A stretch of 64,000 nt of DNA from Pseudomonadota bacterium. Its GTDB lineage: Bacteria; Pseudomonadota; Gammaproteobacteria; Xanthomonadales; Xanthomonadaceae. The position numbers were made by a program, and so were the translations under genes. Positions 20,091 to 30,262 of the stretch are shown piece by piece. Below the pieces are notes generated by a model. It was given only the letters and a program-made list of their open reading frames with translations, made no database searches and was not told where the DNA came from. The stretch lies in contig JAKQKT010000370.1 in NCBI GenBank assembly GCA_029560515.1, positions 98 through 64,097 of the forward strand, written 5' to 3'. How positions within the stretch are numbered: position 1 is the stretch's first letter; every line of letters starts with the position of its first letter.

Positions 20091-20534
20091 TCAGCTTTCG
20101 GCCATGACTAAAGTCATGGCTATCGACATCGCACTGGCGATATCTTCGATCCAGAATGGCTTGTGCAATATCGCGGCAATTTTCAAACCCTGGGCTTCTG
20201 CCTGTTTGCGGCGACGCTCGATTTCTTCCGGCGGCATGCCGGTAACAAAAATAATCGGGTGTTTTGCATGGTGTTCAACCATGACCTTGCAAATATCCTC
20301 GCTGATGTTGTCGGGCATTGTCAGATCGAGCATCACTACCGCCGGCAATTCGGCATAGGCTTTGTGGAACCCTTTCAGATCCATCGCCGTATCGGACTGA
20401 TAACCGGACTGCTCAAGCAGGTACTGGGCGAGATACACCATCTCGGCGTCATCATCAACGATAAGTACTTTTGGCAATTCCTCTTTTTTAGCCATCATGG
20501 GAGCCTCGCTTCCACCCATTAAATTCATGGGCAT
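20091..20534 (-). CDS. Stand-alone receiver-domain (CheY-like) response regulator
   Basis: VLIVDDD, MLDLTMP, IIFVTG, HKPF; SD AGGAG; no output domain. Confidence 0.85.
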   Translation of the reverse strand: MPMNLMGGSEAPMMAKKEELPKVLIVDDDAEMVYLAQYLLEQSGYQSDTAMDLKGFHKAYAELPAVVMLDLTMPDNISEDICKVMVEHHAKHPIIFVTGMPPEEIERRRKQAEAQGLKIAAILHKPFWIEDIASAMSIAMTLVMAES

Positions 20535-20710
20535 GATCTCTTGATACTCCTTTTTTTAGCGGGTTTTCGTGACGTAACACCTTTTGACAAAAACATGCGC
20601 ATTTAGGTGCTTTTTCATGAGTTAGATCACAGTTTCAATATGCTTTGTTCGTATAGGCATGTCGTCGCCAGGTGAAAATGCGAATGAGGGCAACCTGAAA
20701 ACCTGCAGAT

Positions 20711-20738
20711 AAAAACACCGGCACATGGCCGGTGTTTT
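20711..20738 (-). terminator. Intrinsic terminator after fba
   Basis: AAAACACCGGC-ACATG-GCCGGTGTTTT hairpin with a T run on the minus strand. Confidence 0.8.
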
Positions 20739-20761
20739 CGAACATCAAACAACAGATGGAA

Positions 20762-21766
20762 TTACTTTTTCCATTTACCTTGCGCAGCAAGTCCATTGTC
20801 CTTGGCACGGGCGAAAACGGTTTGCTGTGCCGCCGCCACATTTCCGACCAGGTCTTTCGACCAGATTTTGAGGGCTGCCGCCTGCATTGCGCGGCCATAG
20901 CTAAACGACAGCGGCCATGGATGCGGGCCCATCTGGTTCATGGCATTCAGGTGTGCGGTGGCATCTTCATCACTTTGGCCGCCGGACAGGAACACGATGC
21001 CAGGCAGGATGGCCGGCACGGCAGACTTCAGGCAACGCACCGTCATTTCGGCAACTTCTTCGACACTGGCTTGTTCAGGGCAGCTTTTGCCCGAGATCAC
21101 CATGCTGGCTTTCAGGATGGTGCCTTCCAGCATCACGTTTTGGTCGTACAAAGCTCCGAACAGGGAACGCAGTACGACTTCGGTTACTTCCATGCAGGTA
21201 TCGATGTCGTGGTCGCCATCCATGATGATTTCCGGCTCGACCATCGGCACGATGCCGGCTTCCTGGCAAAGCGCCGCATAACGGGCAAGCGCATGGCTAT
21301 TGGCTTCGATGCAGGTCCCCGACGGGCTGTCTTCGCCGATCGTGATCACCGCACGCCATTTGGCGAAGCGTGCGCCGAGGCTGGCGTATTCCTTCAGACG
21401 TTCACGCAAACCATCCAAGCCTTCCGTGCAGACTTCGCCTGGAAAACCGGCCAAAGGCTGTGGGCCCTTGTCTACCTTGATGCCCGGAATAATGCCGTTC
21501 TTGCGCATCACTTCCGCAAACGGCACGCCGTCCTTGGTCTTTTGGCGAAGGGTTTCGTCGAACAGAATCGCGCCGGAAATGTATTGGCTCAGATTAGGGG
21601 TGGTCAGCAGCATTTCGCGATAAGCGCGACGGTTTTCTTCGGTATTGGGAATGCCGACGCTTTCAAAGCGCTTGGCGCAGGTCGCGTTGGATTCATCAAT
21701 GGCAATAATGCCTTTACCGGGGGCCACCATGGCCAGGGCGGTTTCAGCGAGTTGGTCAATGCTCAT
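20762..21766 (-). CDS. fba: Fructose-bisphosphate aldolase class I
   Basis: GKGIIAIDES, PGIKVDKG, FAKWRAV, VPMVEPE, ILKASMV, FLSGGQ, SFSYGRA. Confidence 0.95.
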   Translation of the reverse strand: MSIDQLAETALAMVAPGKGIIAIDESNATCAKRFESVGIPNTEENRRAYREMLLTTPNLSQYISGAILFDETLRQKTKDGVPFAEVMRKNGIIPGIKVDKGPQPLAGFPGEVCTEGLDGLRERLKEYASLGARFAKWRAVITIGEDSPSGTCIEANSHALARYAALCQEAGIVPMVEPEIIMDGDHDIDTCMEVTEVVLRSLFGALYDQNVMLEGTILKASMVISGKSCPEQASVEEVAEMTVRCLKSAVPAILPGIVFLSGGQSDEDATAHLNAMNQMGPHPWPLSFSYGRAMQAAALKIWSKDLVGNVAAAQQTVFARAKDNGLAAQGKWKK

Positions 21767-21813
21767 GGGGCTTACCGATGTTGGGATTGAGGGGCGTAAT
21801 TATAGCCCAGCCC

Positions 21814-21962
21814 GTAGCCCGGGTCATGGCTTTATCTGACCCGGGAACTCCGCAATCTCTAACTAATGCATGCCTTCATTGATCATCGACAGTCAGGGGA
21901 AATTTGGACTTTAATGTTTTCGGAGGAAGCCCCGGGTCAGATAAAGCCATGACCCGGGCTAC
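21814..21962. repeat. GTAG-tagged REP doublet (REPIN) with perfect 32-bp arms
   Basis: GTAGCCCGGGTCATGGCTTTATCTGACCCGGG at 21814-21845 and its exact reverse complement at 21931-21962; 85-nt spacer. Confidence 0.92.
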
Positions 21963-21977
21963 CGTTCTTCAATTGAC

Positions 21978-23444
21978 TCACAAATCTCCCAGCCCTTCCG
22001 CCCTGCCTTCCGCACCAACAACCAACAATCGAAGCGTATTGGTGGCGCCGCGCTGCTCCATGCTGTCGCCGGAGGTCAGAACGACGCGGTCATCGACGGC
22101 CAGCAAGCCCATGTCGAACAATTTCTTGACGGCACTGCGGGCGGCTTCACGGGTTGGCAATCCGGTGGAATCGAAATTGATAGGGAAAACATCGCGCACC
22201 ATGGTCATCTTGTGGCGGGCCGAATCGTGTTTGGACAATCCGAAAATCGGAGCTGTCGAACGAAAGCGCGACAGGTAACGCGCGGTGCCGCCGGATTCGG
22301 TCAACGCGATAATCGCGCGCACCTGGATGTGTTCGGCCAGGAACATGGTCGCCATCGCGATCGCCTGGTCGGCACGCTGCAGGTTGCGTGGTGCCGCTTC
22401 GAAATCGGTATCGTGATGAAACTGGCGTTCGGCGCCAAGACAAATGCGCACCATCGCCTCCACCGCCTTGACCGGATAATTTCCGGAAGCGGTTTCGGCC
22501 GACAACATCACGGCATCGGTACCATCGATGACGGAGTTCGCGACATCGAGCACTTCGGCTCGGGTCGGGATAGGATTGTCCACCATCGATTGCAGCATTT
22601 GCGTCGCGGTGATTACCACACGATTATGTTCGAGCGCGGTGCGAATGATTTTTTTCTGCAGACCGGGCAGTTCGGCATCGCCGATTTCCACGCCGAGATC
22701 GCCGCGCGCCACCATCACGACATCGGAGGCAATGGTGATCTCGTCGAGATTGGTAATCGCCTCGGCACGCTCGATTTTCGCCACCATGTTGGCGAAGCTG
22801 CCCGCTTCTTTCGCAAGCCTTCTCGCCTCGTGCATGTCTTCGGCCGAACGGCAAAACGATACGGCGATAAAATCGACCTCGAGTTTTGCCGCAACGATGA
22901 TGTGTTCCTTGTCCTGTTCGGTCAGGGCGCCTAGTGACAATCCGCCGCCTAGACGATTGAGACCCTTGCGATTGGACAGATAGCCATCGGTCAATACTTC
23001 GGTGTGAATGCTGTCGCCCTGCACCGACAATACCGTCAATGCCATCAAGCCATCATCGAGCAGAAGCGTATCGCCTGCATTGACATCATTGACCAGGCCG
23101 AGATAACTGCAGGCCACTTGCGTATTGTCGCCGAGCGGCGCATTCGCACGACAGATCAGGCTGAATTTATCGCCGACTTTCAAATGCACTTTGTCGTTGG
23201 CGAATTTTTCGATACGGATTTTCGGACCTTGCAGGTCGGCCAGTATGCCGACCTCGCGCCCCTGCTTCGCGGCTGCCGCACGCACGGCATGCACGCGTGC
23301 GCCATGCTGCTCAGGCGTGCCGTGGGAAAAATTCATTCGTACCACGTTCACGCCGGCGCGAATCAATTCATCCAGCACGCCGGGGGCGTCGGTCGCCGGG
23401 CCAAGTGTGGCCAGTATTTTGGTGCGTCGTAATGGAGCCTGCAT
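21978..23444 (-). CDS. pyk: Pyruvate kinase
   Basis: RRTKILATLGPA, RMNFSHG, DLQGPKIR, AKIERAEA, MVARGDLGVE, ATQMLQSM, DGTDAVMLSAE. Confidence 0.97.
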   Translation of the reverse strand: MQAPLRRTKILATLGPATDAPGVLDELIRAGVNVVRMNFSHGTPEQHGARVHAVRAAAAKQGREVGILADLQGPKIRIEKFANDKVHLKVGDKFSLICRANAPLGDNTQVACSYLGLVNDVNAGDTLLLDDGLMALTVLSVQGDSIHTEVLTDGYLSNRKGLNRLGGGLSLGALTEQDKEHIIVAAKLEVDFIAVSFCRSAEDMHEARRLAKEAGSFANMVAKIERAEAITNLDEITIASDVVMVARGDLGVEIGDAELPGLQKKIIRTALEHNRVVITATQMLQSMVDNPIPTRAEVLDVANSVIDGTDAVMLSAETASGNYPVKAVEAMVRICLGAERQFHHDTDFEAAPRNLQRADQAIAMATMFLAEHIQVRAIIALTESGGTARYLSRFRSTAPIFGLSKHDSARHKMTMVRDVFPINFDSTGLPTREAARSAVKKLFDMGLLAVDDRVVLTSGDSMEQRGATNTLRLLVVGAEGRAEGLGDL

Positions 23445-23503
23445 TCCTGATTCCCGCTTTTTCGTTTTTTATTCAGGCGTTCATCTTAATGCAGAAATTT
23501 GCA

Positions 23504-24145
23504 TTATTGGAATAATGTGAGCAATTGCTCCGGCCTTTCGATGATGAAGTCCGCATTGGCTCGGGACAATTCTTCATGACCGCCGAAACCCCACAGTACG
23601 CCGACGTTTGTCATTCGGTGATGGCGGGCACCGTCGATATCCATATGACGATCACCGATCATGACGCAATCTTCCGCAGCCACCTTCATGCTATCCATCG
23701 CGATTTGGATGAGTTGCGATTTATAGCTGATGCGGCCATCCAGGCTCGCGCCGGAAATCATTTCAAAATGGTGACCGAACGGAAGATGCTCGACAATCTT
23801 GCGGGCATGGCCGTCATTTTTTGCGGTCACGACGGCAAGACGGTGACCGCGTTGCGCCAGGGTTTCTATTGCCGTCTGAATGCCGTCATAGACATCGTGT
23901 TCGGCCCAACCGTCGGTTTCAAAACGTTCACGATAGAAGACCACTGCCGCCTCCGTTTTTTCCGCATCATTAAGCAAGGGTCCGAAACTGTCGCGCAATG
24001 GCGGGCCGATCCAGCGCCGCAATTCGTGTTCGGGTGGTACCGGCTCGCCGGATTTTTCGAGTGCATAGGCAACGCAACGTGTAATCCCGATCGCGGAATC
24101 AATCAGTGTTCCATCCAGATCAAAAAAAAGAACTTTTGTTTTCAT
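23504..24145 (-). CDS. HAD-IA hydrolase (phosphoglycolate phosphatase/5'-nucleotidase-like)
   Basis: FDLDGTLIDS, VVTAK, MIGDRHMD, VLWGFG. Confidence 0.9.
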   Translation of the reverse strand: MKTKVLFFDLDGTLIDSAIGITRCVAYALEKSGEPVPPEHELRRWIGPPLRDSFGPLLNDAEKTEAAVVFYRERFETDGWAEHDVYDGIQTAIETLAQRGHRLAVVTAKNDGHARKIVEHLPFGHHFEMISGASLDGRISYKSQLIQIAMDSMKVAAEDCVMIGDRHMDIDGARHHRMTNVGVLWGFGGHEELSRANADFIIERPEQLLTLFQ

Positions 24146-26391
24146 CTTGGGTCCGGCGCTTCGGTATAAACCTGTGATTTCTGATAAAGAGCGAGCCGCT
24201 GTTTCATCGCAAGCAATATTTTCTTGTCGCTGTCCGGGCTTTTGCCAAGCTCGTCGATCACGCGCTGCTCCTGCACGACGGCCTGCTTGAAGTCATTGTT
24301 CGCGGCGAGGCAGGCCGCGTAGGTGTCGCGGCGGTTGGCCGACAAATCCTTTTCCTCCAGCAATTGCATCAGGCTCAAACCGGCCTTTGCATCCGCATAA
24401 CCGGGATAGGTGCTGGTACAAAGCGTCCAGGCATAGGTGTTTATGTTCGCCGGCGAACTTTTTACCGCCAGCTCGGACCAGTACTTCTTCGCGCGCGCCA
24501 TTTCTTCGGCAGTCGCATCACGGGAATACAGATATTCGGCCAAACTGCGCTTGGCATTCTTGCTGCCAAGGTTTGCCGCCTTTTCCAGCCAGGATACACC
24601 GGCTTTAACGTCTTTCGGTTCGATATCGCCGTTCATCAAACTGATGCCGAGCAGGTACATCGATTCGACATCGTCTTTCAATGCATCCTGTAACAAAAGC
24701 TGCTTCGCTTTTGCCGTATCGTGCTTGACGCTATTCCCGTGCATCAGCAAGCCGGCCCACAATGTCCTTGCCTTGGCGGAGTCATGTTCCGCGGATAGCG
24801 CTTCGAGTACCTCGATCGCGTTTGCTTCGGTGAAACCACTTCCTTTCGGTTCAAGTGCATAGAGATAGGCAAGCTGCAAACCGGAACGCAAATCGGAAAA
24901 ATTCAGCCCACTCTCGGCCCAGCCTGCGGCATCGATCCATTGCTCTTTTTCGTAGTAATAGGTAACCAGCCACTGCATGGCTTCCAATTCGCCGTTTTTC
25001 GCGGACTCCAGCATCCATTCGGCCGCTTTTTCCTGTGCAGCCGGATCTTTTTCGAGCAGGTATTTGGCCCAGTTCATTTGCGCACGGGCACTGCCGTTTT
25101 TTGCTGCCGTTTCAAGCCATTTCGCCTGTTCGACCTTGTTGCCCTTGACGATGAAACTGGCGGAATAAAGATTGTAGATATCGATGTTTCCGGCCTTCGC
25201 CGCGATGCCGAGGCGATCACCATATTGCGTCAGCACTTTGGTGATGTCGGATGCTTTTGCCTGCATGTAGATATAGGAGGCAAGCAGTATCGGCTTGTTC
25301 TGCTTGAACGCTTCCGTTTCCAGGAACTGTTGTACCTTGGGCGGCAAGTTCAGCACGCTTTGCTTGCTGTCATGCAACACCACGAAGTGACGAAGGGCGT
25401 ATCCATTGTCACCGGACAATTGTTCAGCAGACTTCATCAGGGCGAGTGCGGCATCCGCATCCTGTTTTATGCCAACACCGGATGAATACAGCGCGGCCAT
25501 CCGGATCATGGCTTCGGTATCTTTCTGCTCGAGACTGTCGAGCATCGCGTCCACCATGAACTGTCCGCAGGCATTGTCCTTTTCACGTATGCAGATCGCG
25601 AGCATCAAATCGGAAGCGTTCTTGTAGCCTTTCAATGCCAACGGCTTCAGCAATTCCAGCTGCGCGGCCTTGTCGTTCAACGACACGGCATCCAGCACCG
25701 CCTGCGCATCGACACCTACCTGCCAATCCTGTTTTTTGTAGTTCTTGATCAGTTCACGTGCAAGCGAAACCCGGTACGCACGATACTCGCCGGTTTTGGG
25801 TTCCGATGTTCGTGATATCAGGTCCAGAAAATCAAACGTATACGTGCGCTGGCGTTTTGTTTCCTTGTCCAGAAGCACCACGACCCATGGCAGGTGGCGG
25901 CCAAATTGTTCGAGATCGATATATTGATCCAGCAAGACATTGCCGCTGGCATCTACCAGGGAAAAAATATCGGAGCTATGCAGCACCCGGATGGGTTTTG
26001 CCAGACGGAAATCCGATGCCTGGTCGAAGGCATTCCTGGCGAGCAACGAAAAATTCTGCAGGTATTGTTCTTCTTCCTGTTTTCGCTCGAGGGCGCTGGC
26101 ACAGCGATAGGTCCAGTAGTTGAGCGAAATACTGACCGGGATTTTTTTCGCCCCCGCCTGCAATGCGCCAAAGTTTTTTTCGCACTTGGCCTTGTCGACA
26201 TCTTCGCCGAACGTTTCGACCTCGAAAACCGGATCGTAGCTTTCCATCAAGCTGTCGTAATTGACTTCGCGATAAATCCTGTTCCAGGCCTTGTCGATAT
26301 CCGCCGTGGACTTCAACGAATCCTGGGCCAGCGCCGATATCGCAAACAGGCCGAAAAAAATCACGTGGCTACATAAAACGGGCTTTCTCAT
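24142..26391 (-). CDS. Secreted Sel1/TPR-repeat protein
   Basis: Signal peptide; Sel1-like repeats (AMIRMAALYSSGVGIKQD, WLETAAKNGSARAQ, SMYLLG...WLEKAANLG); C-terminal NTYAW/DTYAA helices. Confidence 0.8.
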   Translation of the reverse strand: MRKPVLCSHVIFFGLFAISALAQDSLKSTADIDKAWNRIYREVNYDSLMESYDPVFEVETFGEDVDKAKCEKNFGALQAGAKKIPVSISLNYWTYRCASALERKQEEEQYLQNFSLLARNAFDQASDFRLAKPIRVLHSSDIFSLVDASGNVLLDQYIDLEQFGRHLPWVVVLLDKETKRQRTYTFDFLDLISRTSEPKTGEYRAYRVSLARELIKNYKKQDWQVGVDAQAVLDAVSLNDKAAQLELLKPLALKGYKNASDLMLAICIREKDNACGQFMVDAMLDSLEQKDTEAMIRMAALYSSGVGIKQDADAALALMKSAEQLSGDNGYALRHFVVLHDSKQSVLNLPPKVQQFLETEAFKQNKPILLASYIYMQAKASDITKVLTQYGDRLGIAAKAGNIDIYNLYSASFIVKGNKVEQAKWLETAAKNGSARAQMNWAKYLLEKDPAAQEKAAEWMLESAKNGELEAMQWLVTYYYEKEQWIDAAGWAESGLNFSDLRSGLQLAYLYALEPKGSGFTEANAIEVLEALSAEHDSAKARTLWAGLLMHGNSVKHDTAKAKQLLLQDALKDDVESMYLLGISLMNGDIEPKDVKAGVSWLEKAANLGSKNAKRSLAEYLYSRDATAEEMARAKKYWSELAVKSSPANINTYAWTLCTSTYPGYADAKAGLSLMQLLEEKDLSANRRDTYAACLAANNDFKQAVVQEQRVIDELGKSPDSDKKILLAMKQRLALYQKSQVYTEAPDPR

Positions 26392-28421
26392 TTGGAATCC
26401 ATGGCATCGCGCAGGATGTTTTTCAGGCGGCTATCGCGTTCCTGGTCACGCATGGCAGCCGGGGTCGACAGAACAAAACGCCGGTTCATGCCATCACGGA
26501 CATCGCGCATTTTGGAAAGGAAATCCGGCAGGTTCTTTACCGGTACCGAGTCTTCGTTGAACCTGACGCTTTGCCGGATCGATACCGCCTGCTCGGCCTG
26601 CACCATGCTGCGCTCGTAGTCGAACGCGCTCGATTTGATGCTCTCGTTTTCCGCCGTTCCGAGCCATGTCCAGCCTTTCGGCAATTCAAGAATTTGTTCG
26701 TGGCGATATTGCATCGGATAATTCAGCGAAAGCGGCGCCTTGCGATCGATCGTGTCCGGTAATTTGGTGTCCTGATCCATCGAATCGGCATAGACCGTCA
26801 GGCTTTTCGTGCTGCCGGTCTTTTCATCCCATGCCTGTTTCAATCGATAGCTTTCGGTAATCGTCAGCTTGTTCTGCACTTGGTCATCATTGGTCGCGAA
26901 AGGGCTGAGGACATCGAGCTCGCCAAAACGCTTGCGATAATATTCGGCATAGCTTTTGCCCATTTCCTCGCGACCGCGAGCGGCGATATCGCGGCGCATA
27001 TTGTCGGCCGAGCCACCCAGATACTCGGACACAATCAGCAGATCAATCGTCTTGCCATCATCACTCGGGCGGTATTTTTCCATCACATTAACCTGCTTGC
27101 GGGAAGCCGGCGTACGCATGACCTCGCGCAAATCGACAATGCCGTCCGCAATCGGCAATACATAGCCGTAATCCATGATGTCGATGGCAGCGGCGGTACC
27201 GCGCTGCTGGGTGAGTGTCGGATCCAGCCACAGCGTCTGCTTGCCAAGCTGGGCCTGCACGATCACATGGTTGAATGCGGTGGCCGCCGGAACAAAATCA
27301 CGGACGCCCTTGCCATATCGCGTCGTTGCCAGAGCAGGCACGGCAGGTATGCCAAGACGGGACAAAACGACCGACATCAGATAAGCCTTGTCCTTGCAAT
27401 CACCGAATCGACGCGTCCATGTTTCGGCAGGCGGCGCCGGACGATGCGAACTCTCGCCCATTTCGATGCCAAAATAGCGAATCTCTTCCTGCATGGTTTG
27501 CAAGACAGCCATCAGTCGCTGTTCCGGATTCGCAATCGCTTTCCATTCCTGCATTTTCGCTTCCAGCTCTTTCGGCAATGCGCCGGGATCCGGATACAAG
27601 GGTCTGGCCCAACGCACCACATCGGCCCAGCTTCGTTGCGGAGCGAACATCACGCTCGGAAATGGCCGATACCAACGCGGGTAATCACCTTCCTCGCGCA
27701 GTGCCGGAATCTGTTTTGCCTCGGCGAAGACCATCACCGTGTCGTTTTGCTTTTTTATGGTGATATCCGGCGCGCCATTGAAGCTGCGATGCATGATCAC
27801 GGTGCCGGGGTCGTACAGCGCACTTACATGCCGATGCAGAATTGGATCCACCCATGAAAAATACACATCATCGTGATCCATGCCTTTCAAAACGGGATTG
27901 ATTCCCTTGATGGTGTAAGACAGGCGGACTACATCGCCGACCCGCACATCCTCGAGCACGATCAGTGCCGACACCATGCCGTCCGACATGTCGGATTCAA
28001 ATTCCGATTCGCGCCGGGCCAGCGTTATTTTTTCGGGATTCAGCCGGTTGCTCCACACACCGTTCCGACGCAGTTCCACCTTGTGTATCGACAGCGTCTG
28101 GTATTCGGGATTGAAATAGATCTGCTGTTTCGCCGCATTCGCCACCAATTCCGGCGACAGCGCTTCATAAGCCTGGTCCAGAAACGACAGCGCATCGCCT
28201 TTGCGGTAATCCGATTGCGAATCGAACAACCAATTGCGCCAGCGTGAATCCTTGGCACCCGGAGCACCGGCCGGCCATTGTTCGGCCAGCGGCTGAATCT
28301 CCACAAAGGCGGGCGTCGGCGCTATCGAAAAACGATATTCGCCGCGCTGGATGATTTTCTCTTCTGCAAGGGAAGTGCCGCAGACGAACAACAATACGAA
28401 AAACGATAACGCTCGTAACAT
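26388..28421 (-). CDS. Secreted DUF3857 + transglutaminase-like domain protein
   Basis: Signal peptide; LEDVRVGDVV; catalytic-type GDCKDKA, FNHVIV, WLDPT. Confidence 0.85.
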   Translation of the reverse strand: MLRALSFFVLLFVCGTSLAEEKIIQRGEYRFSIAPTPAFVEIQPLAEQWPAGAPGAKDSRWRNWLFDSQSDYRKGDALSFLDQAYEALSPELVANAAKQQIYFNPEYQTLSIHKVELRRNGVWSNRLNPEKITLARRESEFESDMSDGMVSALIVLEDVRVGDVVRLSYTIKGINPVLKGMDHDDVYFSWVDPILHRHVSALYDPGTVIMHRSFNGAPDITIKKQNDTVMVFAEAKQIPALREEGDYPRWYRPFPSVMFAPQRSWADVVRWARPLYPDPGALPKELEAKMQEWKAIANPEQRLMAVLQTMQEEIRYFGIEMGESSHRPAPPAETWTRRFGDCKDKAYLMSVVLSRLGIPAVPALATTRYGKGVRDFVPAATAFNHVIVQAQLGKQTLWLDPTLTQQRGTAAAIDIMDYGYVLPIADGIVDLREVMRTPASRKQVNVMEKYRPSDDGKTIDLLIVSEYLGGSADNMRRDIAARGREEMGKSYAEYYRKRFGELDVLSPFATNDDQVQNKLTITESYRLKQAWDEKTGSTKSLTVYADSMDQDTKLPDTIDRKAPLSLNYPMQYRHEQILELPKGWTWLGTAENESIKSSAFDYERSMVQAEQAVSIRQSVRFNEDSVPVKNLPDFLSKMRDVRDGMNRRFVLSTPAAMRDQERDSRLKNILRDAMDSK

Positions 28422-28439
28422 TCAATACTCCGGAAAAAA

Positions 28440-29615
28440 CTAGTGCGCGCGTTTCATCAGCGCAGTAACGGCTGGCAATTCCTTGCCTTCGCAAAATTCG
28501 AGAAAAGCACCGCCACCGGTGGATATGTAACTGATACCTGCTTCGACACCATACTTGTCGACGGCGGCCAGCGTGTCGCCACCGCCGGCGATCGAGAAGG
28601 CATTGGAGTCGGCAATCGCTTTCGCCAGCACTTTCGTGCCATTGCCGAAAGCATCGAACTCGAACACTCCGACCGGACCATTCCAGATCACGCTGCCGGC
28701 ATTTTTTATCATCTCCGCATAGCGCGCGGCGGTATCGGGGCCGATATCCAAAATCATGTCGTCGCTGCCGACATCACTGATCTGCTTGATGGTCGCCGGT
28801 GCATCGGCAGCAAATGCCGGTGCCACCACCACATCGCTGGGCAACGGGATATCGGCACCGCGCGCCTTCGCATCACTCATGATTTTTCTGGCGGTATCGA
28901 GCAGATCGTTTTCGCACAGGGATTTTCCAACCGGATGCCCCATCGCGGCGATGAAGGTATTGGCGATACCACCACCGACAATCAACTGGTCGACTTTATC
29001 CACCAGGCTCGAAAGCAATTCTAGTTTTGTCGATACCTTCGAACCCGCGACGATCGCGATCAGCGGACGCGCAGGATTTTTCAGAGCTTTCGCCAACGCA
29101 TCCAGTTCGGCCATCAGCAAAGGACCGCCGCAGGCAATTTTTGCCTGCGCAATCACGCCATGGGTAGAGGCCTGTGCGCGATGCGCGGTGCCGAAGGCAT
29201 CCATCACGAATACATCGCAGAGCGCCGCATATTTTTTCGATAATGCTTCATCGTCTTTCGCTTCACCGATATTCATGCGGCAGTTTTCCAGCAAGACCAC
29301 CTGGCCGGCTTCCACCTGCACACCCTCGAGCCAGTTCTTTACTAGCGGCACCTCGAAACCCAGCAGTTCGCCCAGATGCTTGGCAACCGGTGCCAGCGAA
29401 TCTTCCTCGGTCCAGACGCCTTCTTTCGGACGCCCCAGATGCGACATCAGCATCACGGCCGCGCCTTTTTCCAGCGCCAATTTTATGGTCGGCAAAGCCG
29501 CCGTGATGCGTTGATCGGAAGTGATACGACCTTCTTTTACCGGCACATTCAAATCTTCCCGAATCAATACGCGCTTGCCCGCCAAATCCAGATCCGCCAT
29601 TCGCAAAACCGTCAT
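28440..29615 (-). CDS. pgk: Phosphoglycerate kinase
   Basis: [52 protein letters not shown]. Confidence 0.97.
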   Translation of the reverse strand: MTVLRMADLDLAGKRVLIREDLNVPVKEGRITSDQRITAALPTIKLALEKGAAVMLMSHLGRPKEGVWTEEDSLAPVAKHLGELLGFEVPLVKNWLEGVQVEAGQVVLLENCRMNIGEAKDDEALSKKYAALCDVFVMDAFGTAHRAQASTHGVIAQAKIACGGPLLMAELDALAKALKNPARPLIAIVAGSKVSTKLELLSSLVDKVDQLIVGGGIANTFIAAMGHPVGKSLCENDLLDTARKIMSDAKARGADIPLPSDVVVAPAFAADAPATIKQISDVGSDDMILDIGPDTAARYAEMIKNAGSVIWNGPVGVFEFDAFGNGTKVLAKAIADSNAFSIAGGGDTLAAVDKYGVEAGISYISTGGGAFLEFCEGKELPAVTALMKRAH

Positions 29616-29701
29616 GCCATCTCTCCAAAATACCGATGCGCTATTTTCGCCTGTGCGCCAATATCCATCAAATTAAGTGCGGCCCGTGCGAAAATAAGCC
29701 C

Positions 29702-30262
29702 ATGAATGCTCAAGCCCACCCGCCACTGCCAACCCTCGAAGCCGCCCGACTGCGCTTGCGGCCTTATCTGGACTCGGATACCACGGCCCTGTTTGCCCTC
29801 TATGGCGACCCCGAGGTAACGCGATACTGGTCACATCCTGCCTGGACCGACCCGGCCCAGGCGCACCTGTATTTGAGCCTGCGCAAAGACGAGTCGACGA
29901 CCGCTGTGCATGCCTGGGCCATTGCCGACAAGGAATCGAACGAGCTGATCGGCGCGCTCACTTTTTTCTCGATCAGCGGTCCGCATGCGCGGGCCGAAGT
30001 CGGTTATTCGCTGCTGAAGAAAATGCAGGGCAAAGGGCTCGGCACAGAAGCTCTGGAAACCGCGTTGAAGTATGGCTTTGAAACACTGAATCTCTATCGC
30101 ATCGAAGCCGATGTCGATCCGAGGAATACCGGTTCGATAAAATTGCTGGAGAAACTGAATTTCCGGCGCGAGGGATTTTTGCGCCAACGCTGGCGTGTCA
30201 ACGGCGAAGTCTGCGACAGTGTGCTGCTTGGATTGCTGAAAGAAGATTACCTGTCCGCATGA
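29702..30262 (+). CDS. RimJ/RimL-type GNAT acetyltransferase
   Basis: RLRLRP, AEVGYSL, QGKGLGTE, DPRNTGSIKLLEKLNFRREG. Confidence 0.9.
   Translation: MNAQAHPPLPTLEAARLRLRPYLDSDTTALFALYGDPEVTRYWSHPAWTDPAQAHLYLSLRKDESTTAVHAWAIADKESNELIGALTFFSISGPHARAEVGYSLLKKMQGKGLGTEALETALKYGFETLNLYRIEADVDPRNTGSIKLLEKLNFRREGFLRQRWRVNGEVCDSVLLGLLKEDYLSA

Noticed and set aside
20732-21790. 352-aa plus-strand ORF
   Set aside because: Mirror of fba on the opposite strand.
26880-27857. 325-aa plus-strand ORF
   Set aside because: Antisense to the DUF3857 gene; no motifs.
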